Of a stretch of DNA of 64,000 nt, positions 40,976 through 53,457 are shown piece after piece. The stretch spans positions 192,324,001 to 192,388,000 of the forward strand of contig NC_042998.1 in NCBI RefSeq assembly GCF_006345805.1. Reading direction: 5' to 3'. The position numbers and the translations under genes were made by a program. The stretch is from Octopus sinensis. Its lineage: Eukaryota. A model generated the notes under the pieces. It ran no database searches. It had not been told where the DNA came from and saw only the letters and a list, made by a program, of their open reading frames with translations. How positions within the stretch are numbered: the first letter of the stretch is position 1; every line of letters begins with the position of its first letter.

Positions 40976-42335
40976 ATTTCTTTATTGGCCACGCAGGACC
41001 TTACACAGAGGGGACAAACAAGGACGGGCAAAGCACAAACGTGGGGGGAAATAAAATCGAATGAAAAGAATGGTAATGATAAATGAAAAGGTGGAACGAT
41101 GTCAACTCGAAACCCCACACCCCAGATAACATCATCGAGCATTTTTAGAAAGAGTTTTTAAACAGTTATTTTATTTTTGTCTCTTTGTTCTTGCTGTGTG
41201 TTACCTGTGTTGTATATTCGCAGTTCTTTTGGCGAGTAGCTTTTTCCTTCTCGCTGTCTGCGTTTATATCTGTTTTTGTGCATTCGTTTTCAAGCTTTTT
41301 GTATTTTCTTGAGGAAAGGAACTAGAGCTCTTTTTTTCCCTCTTCCTCCCTGCAACTGACCATTCCTTATCACTTACCTCGGTAGATGCGGACGTTCCAG
41401 CTTCCTTCCGTGCGCAATTCCCCTTCTCCACTGTCTTCTCAACCTCTTCCTACTTCTCTTCCTCCCCACCTGGAGCTTCTCTTGCTGTTCCATTTGTTCA
41501 TCCTGTTTTTTTCATTGTGCTTCATGTTGAAAGATTTGGGGGAACGTTTTCTTTATGTGCCCCTTCGGTCCGCACTCGAAACATCTTGGTACTCTGCCCT
41601 GGACCGAGATTCAGTTTTGTCTCATCCGGCAGAATTATAAATTCTGGAATTTCGTCTAGTTCTGCCGGTGTGGCTTGAATTGTCGCCCGAAGACTCCCTC
41701 CACACCAGTTCAACACATTTTACTCCTCGAACTTTTTTCTCCTTTGTACTTTCTTCTCCTGATTTTGGAGCAATCGCCAGCCAGAAGCCACGCCGATCTA
41801 ATTTCTGGTGGACAACTTTCTATTGCGATTTTTGTGGTTCATTTGCCAAATTATGACGGAAAAAAATCCAGCTCGCTCGTTTGCATGGTGATCGCGGAAT
41901 CATCCCTGGCATCACATTCTGACATGAATTGTAACTCCACGGTACCGAACTTCATCCCTCTTTTCATGAATGCCATCTTGAACAAAATAGGCTTTAGGGC
42001 CCTTTCAATTTCTTCGGCAGACGGAGTTAATTTTGTTTGCTCCCTCTCCCCGCAGAATTGGTTGAAATTTCTCCACGGCCTCTGGCCTAATGTTGAATCT
42101 TCTTTGCTTTTTACTGACCGCTGCTGCATAATCTTCCACACTTTCTTCCGAGTCGATTTCGTACTCCGAGTCGACGCTCTCCAGGTGCTCCAACACTTCG
42201 TACAAATTGTTAGTCATTTTGTTTAGGCATAATTCCCACATAAAATGCAAGCAATTCGGCCCTAACGGGGGAACTACAGGCAGACCAAGCCTGTTCAGAA
42301 CAACGTAGTTTAGAGCAACCATTTAACGGACCCGC
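40976..42335 (-). mobile_element. Non-autonomous retroelement with a decayed L1/Tx1-like ORF1 (zinc knuckle) and no RT
   Basis: Minus-strand frames read MTNNLYEVLEHLESVDSEYEID... and PRCFECGPKGHIKKTFP (C-X2-C-X4-H-X4-C with the last Cys changed to Phe, 41542-41583). The ORF runs into a 3' UTR ending GCCAATAAAGAAAT. Confidence 0.7.
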
Positions 42336-42344
42336 AAAATCAAT

Positions 42345-43267
42345 ATGTTATCTTGACCATGGACACATGGCAAATGTGTGGCTCGTAGCAAACTACCAAA
42401 TGTTGACCAGTAGCATACCCATCAGCGGCTACAAAGCTCAGGACCAAAAACAGAGACTGAAGGCTTCATCTTAGCTGCTCAAGGTCAAAGCTTATTGACT
42501 ATCAAGCTAATGTGATGAAAAATGGAGTAGATCCAAAGTACCGACTTTGGAATGATGCGATTAAAACATGAACCATTTAGTTGCTGGATATAAAGTTTTA
42601 GCACTAGTGGAGTATAAATCAAAGCATGGCTGAGTTGGCCAATATCTACACTGCTTAATATATCGGCATTTTAAAATCAAAACTTTTGACAAGTGGTATA
42701 AGCACCACTCTGAAATTGTAACTGAAAGTAAATGTAATGACTCTTTGGGATTTTTCAGTACAGACAGACACAACTATCAAAGCTAATAAACTGTATATTG
42801 TTGTAAAATACCAAAATGATAAAGTATGTTTTTTGATCGACATGTGTATTCCTTGTGATCATAATATACCGGCAAAAGAATTTGACAAGCTCAGAAAATA
42901 TATAGAGATTTGCTCATTGAAATCGAAGAAATGCAACATCTCAAGATAGTTACAATAGAAGTGATTGTAGGAGCATTAGGAATGATCAAAGAAACGAACT
43001 AGAAATTGTCTGAAAATGATCCCTAGCTTACCATCCCTGCAAGAAGTGCGAAAGATTCTTTTAACTAGTGCATCATACATATTGAGAAGAGCATTGTCGT
43101 TGTTAGAACGATTATCACTCATGTAAATAATTATTATACATAACTTCATTTGATTTTGTAAATGGTGTGTTCATTTTTTTTAATGGCTTATCAATGTAGT
43201 GAGTTTCTTTACCATAGGTGTCGGAAAAACATTCGGCAAGAAATGGGAACAGAATGGAAAGAAGAAA

Positions 43268-43268
<1 letters not shown>
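42345..43268 (+). mobile_element. 3' end of an R4/Dong-type LINE (CCHC plus restriction-like endonuclease)
   Basis: Remnants of ETEGFILAAQ, TLWDFSVQTDTTIKANK(P)(D)IVV, FLIDMCIPCD and VIVGALG, followed by a 3' UTR that runs into (TAA)n. Confidence 0.85.
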
Positions 43269-43334
<66 letters not shown>

Positions 43335-43340
43335 ATGGTA

Positions 43341-43415
<75 letters not shown>

Positions 43416-43567
43416 TAGTAATAGTAATAATAATAATAATAATAATATTAGTAATAGTAATAATAATAATAATAATAGTAATAATAGTAATAATAATAAT
43501 AATATTAGTAATAGTAATAATAATAATAATAATAGTAATAATAGTAATAATAATAATAATAATAATA

Positions 43568-43608
<41 letters not shown>

Positions 43609-43619
43609 TAATAATAATG

Positions 43620-43659
<40 letters not shown>

Positions 43660-43697
43660 TGATAATAATAATAATAATAATGATAATAATAATAATA

Positions 43698-43742
<45 letters not shown>

Positions 43743-43774
43743 TAATAATAATAATAATAATAACAATGATAATG

Positions 43775-43805
<31 letters not shown>

Positions 43806-43844
43806 TAATAATAATGATAATAATAATAATGATAATAATAATAA

Positions 43845-43875
<31 letters not shown>

Positions 43876-43918
43876 AAGAAGAAGAAGAAGAAGAAGAAGA
43901 AGAAGAAGAAGAAGAAGA
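43269..43918. repeat. ~650-bp (TAA)n array with (TAG)n/(TGA)n interruptions and a terminal (GAA)n
   Basis: Directly visible; abuts the Dong-type 3' end. Confidence 0.95.
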
Positions 43919-44275
43919 GAACGTTTTGTTGGTAGAATTGTTAGAATGCTGGAGGAATGATTTATGGTATTTCATCTGGTAATTTACATTCTGAATTCAA
44001 ATTCCGCAAGGATTAACTTTATCTTTCATCCCTCAGAGATCGATAAATCAAAGTATCACTCAAATACTGGATGTCGATGATATCGACTTACTCCTTCTCC
44101 CAAAACTTTAGGCCTTGTGTTTATATTAGAAGGAATTGCTTGTCAGTGAATTAGTGGAGTTGTTAAAGCGTTGGAAAACATGTCTTTGGTATTTTTTCTT
44201 GCTCGTTACATTCTGAGTTCAAATCCCACCGAAATCAACCTAATTCCAACGATTTATTTCTTGAGTTCAAATACC

Positions 44276-44506
44276 TATATCTTTACTACCCATAAGGGGC
44301 TAAACACAGAGAGGACTAACAAGGACAGACAAACGGATTAAGTCGATTATATCGACCCCAGTGCGTAACTGGTACTTAATTTATCGACCCCGAAAGGATG
44401 AAAGGTAAAGTCGACCTCGGCGGAATTTGAACTCAGAACGTAACGGCAGACGAAATACGGCTACGCATTTCGCCCGGCGTGCTAACGTTTCTGCCAGCTC
44501 GCCGCC
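44276..44506 (-). mobile_element. Family A SINE, full length, 16-bp perfect TSD, nested in older SINEs
   Basis: CTTGAGTTCAAATACC lies at 44260-44275 and 44507-44522, which is GGTATTTGAACTCAAG in SINE sense. Confidence 0.93.
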
Positions 44507-45305
44507 CTTGAGTTCAAATACCGCCGTGATCAGTATTGCTTTTCGTCCCTCAGCGCTTGGTAAAATAAAGTACGAGTCAAGTACTGGAGTCGATGATATC
44601 GACTTAACCTATCTCCTCAAAATTGCTTGCTCTGTCTGTGACCATCGCCACTGTATTTTCTGTGGAAGCCTTATCTTCATTGAATATTCTTTTAAGAATA
44701 TTGATTCTGCTTTCATTCAATGTTCACATTGCCCATTTGGTAAACCACATGGAAAAAGCAGTGAAGTTACAACTTTCCAGGTTTCTCTCTTGAATATAGT
44801 ATTTCTATCTCATCAAAATGCAGTTAATGGATCAATATTCCACGAAGAATTTATACCTAATAACGATGTATATAATTGGAAGATAGTAGACGTCTGGATA
44901 AATGTTGCGGTGCAAGCCGACACGACAAACGGATTTTAATTTAATTGTAGTTTAACAGACAATGATTAGATAATTTTATATCACTTCAGCTAGAAAGTGA
45001 TTGAATAACTTCTGTTAGACAGTGACGTTGGTTGAAATGAAATGTGTAAACAGCATAAATCTGGTATCTTATATTCCGTTTAAAATAGATATGACAGCTT
45101 ATTTTGTAATTTTCAACAATATGATGGGTTGTGTTGTTCTTTTAAAAGCACTCTGACCTCATGAATAATCTACAGTTTATTTCACTTAAATTGGTGCAAT
45201 CTACGTAAAATGTGTTGATATTTTAACTTTGTATTTCATGTGATGGCATCATTCGGTTATTTTTTAAACGAATTTTCAACAACTACGTATGTACAGTAAT
45301 ATTTA

Positions 45306-45691
45306 GTGGAGGCGCAATGGCCCAGTGGTTAGGGCAGCGGACTCGCGGTCGTAGGATCGTGGTTTCGATTCCCAGACCGGGCGTTGTGAGTATTTATTGA
45401 GCGAAAACACCTAAAGCTCCACGAGGCACCGGCAGGGCATGGTGGTGATCCCTGCTGTACTCTTTCACCACAACTTTCTCTCATTCTTTCTTCCTGTTTC
45501 TGTTGTACCTGTAATTCAAAGGGCCGGCTTTGTCACTCTCTGTGTCACGCTGAATCTCCTCGAGAACTACGTTAAGGGTACACGTGTCTGTGGAGTGCTC
45601 AGCCACTTACACGTTAATTTCACGAGCAGGCTGTTCCGTTGGTCGGATCAACAGGTACCCTCATCGTCGTAACCGACGGAGTGCTTCCATC
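45306..45691 (+). mobile_element. SINE family C, full length
   Basis: Homologous to 23187-23569. TSD-like ACAGTAATAT at 45293-45302 and 45692-45701. Confidence 0.92.
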
Positions 45692-46419
45692 ACAGTAATA
45701 TATATTTAGTAAATATTTCGTCATCACTCCGATGCATGTGGTCAGAGTTAGACCGAAGCATATTCGACATTGTCTTCCTTGCTTGCTATAAAACATGACA
45801 ACATTATTTTTCATTAACCAATCTTTTTATTTTATTTCTTCACCGCATAATTATTTCTACTTACGTACTTTGATTCTCCAAGCATTTAGTATGCTAACAC
45901 TAACTGATCTATTGTTCTCTTACTGAAGATGTCTTCAAATTTATTCCGTTTGATGTAGACTTGTTTTCACTAATGTTTAAAGATTTACATTTGATGATAG
46001 TAATACCTCTCTGTGTCCGGTTTGGAAAAAAATTTTTTTTATATAAAATGGAAATTCTAACCTCAGCTTGCTATCAATTTTAGTAGAATTGATGAAAAGT
46101 AGATTTTTATATACGAACAGAACATTAAAATAGATAGTGGGAAAATAATGGAGAAAGCATAAATAAGGAAGTGTAACACCTCCACTCAATGAGAATTATT
46201 AATGGCGCATAAATCGTTCATATTGAAATAGCTTTATAATTAACATCTGAAATGTTTTTAAATTAAATATTCAACCTTAAAGTAGAGACATATTAGAAAA
46301 AAATAAGCTATTCCAGAAAATTAACGCTTATAAGTTATATTTCTATATATAATACTTGAGAATTTAGCATGACCTTGCGAATATCTAGTACATATGAATT
46401 AGATGAGAGGTCAATTCAT

Positions 46420-46527
46420 ATAGATAGATAGATAGATACATACATACATACATACATAGAAACATATACACTCACAGACTCACACAGACATACAGACACA
46501 CATGCATATATATATTTATATATTCTA

Positions 46528-46576
<49 letters not shown>

Positions 46577-46639
46577 TATATATATTATATATATATATAT
46601 ATATATCTATATATATAATATATATATATATATATAAAC

Positions 46640-46684
<45 letters not shown>

Positions 46685-46706
46685 ATATATATGTATATAT
46701 ATTTGT

Positions 46707-46750
<44 letters not shown>
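46420..46750. repeat. (GATA)/(CATA)/(TA)n compound microsatellite
   Basis: Directly visible. Confidence 0.93.
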
Positions 46751-47899
46751 ATGAAACGAAATATAAATAATCAAAATTACTCATTTTCAGAAGGTGGGTG
46801 GGGATGCAACCGCTGAAAGCAAAATGATCACTTATTTCATCAAGTACATCATCTTTCTTTTAGATCGATTGTTGCAAAGAATCATATGACCCCTAACAGC
46901 GATCAAATCTCATATTTACTTTCAGTCAAAATAATAGTAGTATTAACGCGTTATTCTAGGAAAAGAAAGACGCAGGTGGTGGGGGGAGTGAGGGGGGGGG
47001 TTACTTTGTCCGTTTGATTTCTAATGTTATATAAAATCAGCAGGTAAAAATCACCGAAATAACGAGGAAAACAACATGATTAACTATAAAGAGGAGTATA
47101 ATTGGAGGTATCTTCCTAATATTACTTCCAACATAATAGCATTGAGGTTAAAGTCTGCCAGTCTTTATATGAAGAAAGGAAATGTCCTTACTACATATCT
47201 AATTTAGAATTCGTTGCTTTATCGATCTCATTCAGTAACCATTTGACTCCATTCAAATTTTTGTCCATTATACGCAATTCTCGAAATTGCACATTAAATT
47301 CTTTTTTTTTGTTTGGTTTTTTTTTTTCTTACTTTCATGTTTTTGGAAGAGACTGTTTTTCAGTATATATAAAAAAAAAGAAAATCTATCGGTAGATTTA
47401 TTAGACGATGTTAAGATTATTTCAAATTATGTTGGATTATCCGAATCAATTCTCATCATTCAACTTTTCTCTGCCAAATATATATATATATTCTCCAATG
47501 ACTTCATATTCTTCACCAAACCTTTCCTCTCCCTTTTTCTGTTTTTTCCTCCCCTAAATCCCGACTGAAGCCTACCAAACTGTTCTTAACAATCTTACTC
47601 AATCCAACCATCGCACTTTTTTTTTTAAACTCCAATTTTCTTCAATGCCATTTTGATGTTAATTATCTTTTATTGACTTGTTCTCGCCAAACCTACCATT
47701 TTCTTCCAGAGCCGAACCGTCCAACAAAGAGAGGAGAGGTTATTAGAATGTGCACCGATGATTGCTACTTTCCCTTGATAAAGATGCAAAAACCATATCT
47801 TTTCTTTGATTTATTGATTTTTGTTTTGACAATATATCATCGAAGTGATAAATATCTACGATAACTGATACTTCTAGCAATCAAACATACATCCATTTT

Positions 47900-48580
47900 C
47901 TCACGCTTTCTTTCTCCCTCTCTCTCCCTCTCTCTCTCTCTCTCTCTTCTTATTTCTCTCTTGCTCTCACTTACACACTCTCTCACTCTCGCTCTCTTTA
48001 TCTATCTCCCTCTCTCTCTCTTCTTATTTCTCTCTTGCTCTCACACACTCTCTCACTCTTGCTCTCACTCACATGCTAGCTCTCTCTATCTATCTCCCTC
48101 CCTCTTTCTCTCTTCATATTTGTCTCTTGCTCTCACTTACACACTCTCTCCCTCACATGCTCGCTCTCTCTATCTATCTCCCTCTCTCTCTCTTCATATT
48201 TGTCTCTTGCTCTCACTTACACACTCTCTCACTCACATGCTCGCTCTCTCTATCTATCTCCCTCCCTCTCTCTCTCTCTCTTCTTATTTCTCTCTTACTC
48301 TCACTTACACACTCTCTCACTCTCGCTCTCTCTCTATCTCCCTCTCTCTATCAATCCATCTCCCTCTCTCTCCCTCTCTCTCTCTCTCTCTTCATATTTC
48401 TCTCTTGCTCTCACTTACACATTCTCTCACTCTCGCTCTCTCTATCTCCCTCTCTCTCTCTCTCTGTCTTCTTATTTCTCTCTTACTCTCACTTACACGC
48501 TCTCTCACTCTCGCTCTCTCTATCTATCTCCCTCTAATTCTCTCCCTCTATCTATCTATCTCCCCCCTCTCTCTCTCTTA
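47900..48580. repeat. CT-rich minisatellite, unit about 55-65 bp
   Basis: TTCTTATTTCTCTCTTGCTCTCACTTACACACTCTCTCACTC recurs about 9 times; explains the Leu/Ser-rich ORFs. Confidence 0.9.
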
Positions 48581-49090
48581 TACTTACCATTATATTCATT
48601 TCAGATTTAAACTTGTGTATCGAACGTGTATCTCTTGATTCCCCGACACCAAAAACAGAACGAAAGAGATGTTCCAATAAAATCGACCAATTAACTTTCC
48701 TTTGAAGTTTATTTTCTCTTGACTTTAGAAAGACTTTGCCTATCCAACGCTAAGTAAACATTGCGCGCGCATGTGTGTGTGTCTTTATTTATTTTTATTT
48801 TTATTTATGTTTGTGTGTGCGCGTGTGTGTGCGCGCGCGTGTGAATGTGAGTCTGTGCATGGAATATGTATGTGTGAGTGTAGCCATATATGGAAGTGTA
48901 TTTATGTAAAAAAAAATATTACATTTGCATTTGGGCACAGTTTGGCGTTTGTAGGAATATTGTTCGGAGGTTCGGAGTTTGATATCATTGTGCGACACTT
49001 TGGGCAACTGGTACCTGTAATGACCTCGGGTTGATTCAAGCCTTCAGAGTGAAGCTGGATGAACAGAAACAGTGCAGTAGTTAGTCAAAT

Positions 49091-49475
49091 CTCTAGAGCA
49101 TTCCGTCGCTTACGACGACGAGGGTTCCAGTTGATCCGATCAACGGAACAGCCTGCTCGTGAAATTAACGTGCAAGTGGCTGAGCACTCCACAGACACGT
49201 GTACCCTTAACGTAGTTCTCGGGGTGATTCAGCGTGACGCGGAGTGTGGCAAGGCTGGCCCTTTGAAATACAGGTACAACAGAAACAGGAAGTAAGAGAG
49301 AGAAAGTTGTGGTGAAAGAGTACAGCAGGGTTAGCCACCATCATCTGCCCGGGCCTCGTAGAGCTTTAGGTGTTTTCGCTCAATAAACACTCACAACGCC
49401 CGGTCTGGGAATCGAAACCGCGATCCTCCGACCGTGAGTCCGCTGCCCTAACCACTGGGCCATCGCGCCTCCACT
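49091..49475 (-). mobile_element. SINE family C, full length, 11-bp TSD
   Basis: GTTAGTCAAAT at 49080-49090 and 49476-49486. Confidence 0.92.
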
Positions 49476-50739
49476 GTTAGTCAAATAAACCCAACCGATA
49501 TCACATCTCTCCCACGAAGATGAGAGATATTGCCTTTCCTCTTCTAAATGATACACTTGCAACGTAAATTTCGTAAAGGTCTTAGTACATCTGAAGTAGG
49601 CTTTTAACTAATAAAAATTTAGTTCTAATGAAAACTAGAGAAGAGATAAGTTTTCTCCTGGATAGAACTCTGGTCTATCATAGATAGCATTCTACATGGT
49701 TTTGTATCTATTTCGTTTAACATAGTTAAATAAAAGAACACATTTATAATAAAGCCATTAAAAACCTTGTAGAGGATTTACACCCACACACTAGTTGAAG
49801 TTTTTCACAAAGACATATCTGCATGACTATTTCATTTGTAATATGTTAGTATAACTAAATCGATTAAGTTTCGGAAAATACCATTCAAATAATATTTCAG
49901 TGAACGATTACAAATGGGTTTAAAGTTTCGTGGATTTTTTTCTTTAATCGCAGTAGTTGTTTCATTGAAAACGATTTTTGCATTCTAAATTATGAACAAT
50001 TTAAACTTAAGAATGTGGAAAATACTAAAATCCTCACAAAATATACCTATTCTTTGTATAGATACGCTTTACAAATATGTTCCTCGTAACCTATTGTACG
50101 ATGAATGGCATGCATTTATCTTTAGGGTAGAATAATAAAACGTATTCTACACACATTATTTTCTGTTCTCTTCTGAATCTGTTCGTTATTGCAATAATTA
50201 CATGCATGTACATTCAATGGTTAAGTATAGAAAATGAATGTTTTAAAATGTTCGAGATTAGTTTGAATCATGTTTCAGCAATTCCAACAGTATGTTCTGC
50301 AAAAATTATTTGCATACTCAAGGTTTTGAACTTAATCAAGTAACCCGATCTTCTAAATTATATATCTACAAAATTGATAAACATTTCCTTTAAACAATCG
50401 AGATATTTTGAAACTATCTGTAGTTATTTGTAGCAATGGCATACACAACTGAATTATAATCAATTATATTATCAATTCCGAAACAGGTCGCTTTTCTGGA
50501 TAAAATATGACATTTTAAACGCACATAGTTTTGTATCTTTACATCATTAACATTTGTAATATGTATGAATTTTCTTCAAACATTATGATTAACTTCAAGT
50601 ATTGAAGTGAGATGATCAGAGTGAATAGAATCTCAGATGGTTACGTCGTTAGAAGTAGACTCTCAGATGTTCAGGACTCATTTATGGTCAAAACTATTCC
50701 ACTCCAGTTATGCAAATAATGCCCGTTAAGAAGGCATGA

Positions 50740-51050
50740 ACGTCGCAACATCTAGTTATCGGACTTACAACCATGAGGTAATTAGTTCGATTCCCTAACT
50801 GGGCTGTGTGTTGTGTTTTTGAGCAAGACAGTTATTTCACATTGCTCCAGTTCATTCAGCTGTAGAAACAAGTTGCGACGTCACTGGTGCTAAGCTGTAT
50901 CGGTCTTTGCCTTTCCGGTGGCATAGGGAGGGGAGGCTGGTATGCATGGGTGACTGCTGGTCTTCCATCAACATCCTTGTCTGCACTTGTACCTCAGAGG
51001 TAATTTTCTAGGTGCAACCTCAAGCTCATTCATGACCGAATGCGTTCTTT
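50740..51050 (+). mobile_element. Degenerate tRNA-derived SINE (family D-related)
   Basis: GTTCGATTCCC B-box followed by GAGCAAGACA...TTCACATTGCTCCAG. Confidence 0.6.
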
Positions 51051-51056
51051 ACCCTT

Positions 51057-51091
<35 letters not shown>

Positions 51092-51169
51092 GAAAATACA
51101 TATGAAAATGATTGCTCACCTACGTATTGGTGGATATAATTTCTTTATTTGCGAATTAAGGCTACCAAT

Positions 51170-51420
51170 GTGGAGGCGCGTGTCTTAGTGGTTAGGGAGT
51201 CAGCATCATGATCGTAAGATTGTGGTTTCGGTTCCTGGACTGGGTGATGCGTTGTATTCTTGAGCACAACACTTCATTTCACGTTGCTCCAGTCCACTCA
51301 GCTGGCAAAAATGAGTAACGCTGCGATGGACTGGCGTCCCGTCCAGCTGGGGAACGCATACGCCATATAAACCAGGAAACCGGGCCCATGACCCTGGCTA
51401 GGTTTTAAAAGGGCGCAGTT
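51170..51420 (+). mobile_element. tRNA-derived SINE family D with a V-domain-like block
   Basis: Head TAGTGGTTAGGG...GGTTTCGGTTCC; central TGCGATGGACTGGCGTCCCGTCCAG resembles the V-SINE domain. Confidence 0.7.
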
Positions 51421-51529
51421 ATAAGGCCACCATTGGTTTCATGTTAAGAAACATAGGAAAATATTCTATTGTCTTAATTTTTTATACCTATCAGATGGAG
51501 AAGGGTGTTCGCCTCTATTTTTGAAAAAC

Positions 51530-52780
51530 AGCCTCGTTTACTTCGCAGACTTTCTCGGGAATTCATGTAAATAAAACAATGAACCAAAGGATGTTACTCT
51601 TGGGTAACATATTTTAAATGCTTGTCTCGCTTGGGTTTGTTGTTTGGGCAAATTGTTGTGTGGTCAAACATTTTTAGTGGTACATTATGATATTGATGTG
51701 ATGATAGTTGATGACCGATATATAGATTTTTGTGGATCTGAATATTTGAGGCTTAGTTACGCCAAATTGTGTGAACTAGAATAGGTATCTGCTGTTGATG
51801 CTAGTAAACTATTTAATGACTGAAGGACTGTTATTCTATGTGGGCAGGTTAGTTTTTTTTTTATGGATATTTTGTCTAAGATTTTTTTCTCCTTATTCTA
51901 CTGATCTTAGCCTTGCTGAAATTTCAAGTGAAGGCGTTGGAGAAATTGCGCATGTTATTTTCACGTGTAATGTGGGTATCTGCGGTAATCTGGGCGTGAA
52001 AGACGGTGAACTGACAAAATCGTTAGCACGCCGGGCGAAATGCTTAGCAGTATTTCGTCTGCCGCTACGTTCTGAGTTCAAATTCCGCCGAGGTCGACTT
52101 TGCCTTTCATCCTTTCGGGGTCGATAAATAAAGTACCAATTACGCACTGGGATCGATATAATCGACTTAATCCGTTTGTCTGTCCTTGTTTGTCCTCTCT
52201 GTGTTTAGTCTCTTGTGGGTAGTAAAGAAATAGGTATTCTGGACGTGTATTTTTACTATCCCTCTTTGTCTAATTCAGTTGCTAGCGAACTGTTTTCAAG
52301 GTTTATCCGAATCGAAGATAGTATGATTTCTTGGTTTCTGTACGTGTTTGTCAATATTGCTGCAGAGAAATATTTAGCAAGTTGTCATTTATCTGTTATA
52401 TTTTATTTTATTTTATTCAACAGTAAAAACATGATTTTTCTATTTTATTTATATATTTTTGAGCCTTTCAATCTTTGTTAATATTGCCCTTGAAAATCTA
52501 TAATAAGCTGTTATTATAAGTTTTAAAACTTGCACCCATAACTTTACTGAGGAGCGTGGATTCGAACTGGTTCGTATGGTTTTGGCTCTTAAAGTCTAAG
52601 TTGTATTTTAAAGATAGATTTAAGATGCTACATTTTTTTCAAAAAAACCCAGCTCTTCTTACGTCATTCATCTAGCAATATCTTCAGTTCGCTTGATGAG
52701 ATGCTTGATATATGGCTTCTTTCCTGGGATGGGTACGTTTCTATTTGCAAATCCAATTTGATGTTGCTTCACATTTCATC
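51530..52780 (-). mobile_element. Degenerate Penelope RT N-terminal region, interrupted by a family A SINE
   Basis: Minus-strand QIGFANRNVPIPGKKPYIKHLIKRTEDIAR* (about 52660-52765) resembles the Penelope 'KNIPIP...LI.K.E....RMRW' block. Further remnants include SKAKISRI and KVCEV. Confidence 0.6.
51999..52232 (+). mobile_element. Family A SINE with a 15-bp imperfect TSD
   Basis: GGTAATCTGGGCGTG (51984-51998) versus GGTATTCTGGACGTG (52233-52247). Confidence 0.88.
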
Positions 52781-53157
52781 TGGAGAGATTTATATTTAGA
52801 GAAAGAAAGGGGAGTACACCAGATTGAGACTGTGATACTGGCGGGATAGTCACTAAGTTACGGTGACGTAAGTTATAATTTGATACAAATACTTCATATT
52901 ATTTCATGTCGGGGATTCTCCTGTCGTCTACGACACGAGAAGGATTGCTGTTCAACCGGCACAGATTATTTTTAGCGATCAAATATTTCTGCTGTATATT
53001 AGCTCTTTCCCTCTATTAAAACTACATTGTCGGATGTCGATGAGTTCGCAGAGTAAAGCGAGATGAAGTGTTCACCTGGTCCGGGAATCGAAACCACGAT
53101 CTCATGATCATAAATGCAACTCCCTAAGCGGAATGCACAGTCTCTTACTTTCTTACA

Positions 53158-53455
53158 TAGATACATACATACATACATACATACATGCATGCATGCATGC
53201 ATGCATGCATGCATGCATACATACATACATACATACATACATACATGCATGCATACATACATACATACATACATACATACATGCATGTATGCATGTATAC
53301 ATACATGCATGTATGCATGTATACATGCATGCATGTATGCATGTATACATGCATGCATGTATGCATGTATACATGCATGCATGTATGCATGTATACATAC
53401 ATGCATGCATGCATGTATGCATGTATACATATATATATATATATATATATATGTA
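53158..53455. repeat. (CATA)/(CATG)/(TA) alternating purine-pyrimidine tract
   Basis: Directly visible; abuts the mariner TIR. Confidence 0.95.
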
Positions 53456-53457
53456 TA

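Noticed and set aside
43199-43975. Long poly-I/L/Y/N/S ORFs, and similar YI/CV/HT-repeat ORFs elsewhere
   Set aside because: These are translations of microsatellites.
44427-44939. 170-aa ORF, and an apparent hAT 'VTDRASNF' motif on the opposite strand
   Set aside because: The ORF begins in antisense SINE sequence, and the motif overlaps a SINE tail.
46975-47000. G-rich run, possible G-quadruplex
   Set aside because: Short and isolated, with only two long G tracts and no context.
52654-52768. Exon-like segment with a strong acceptor and a GTAAGA donor
   Set aside because: All frames are closed, and it is better explained as Penelope RT N-terminal sequence.
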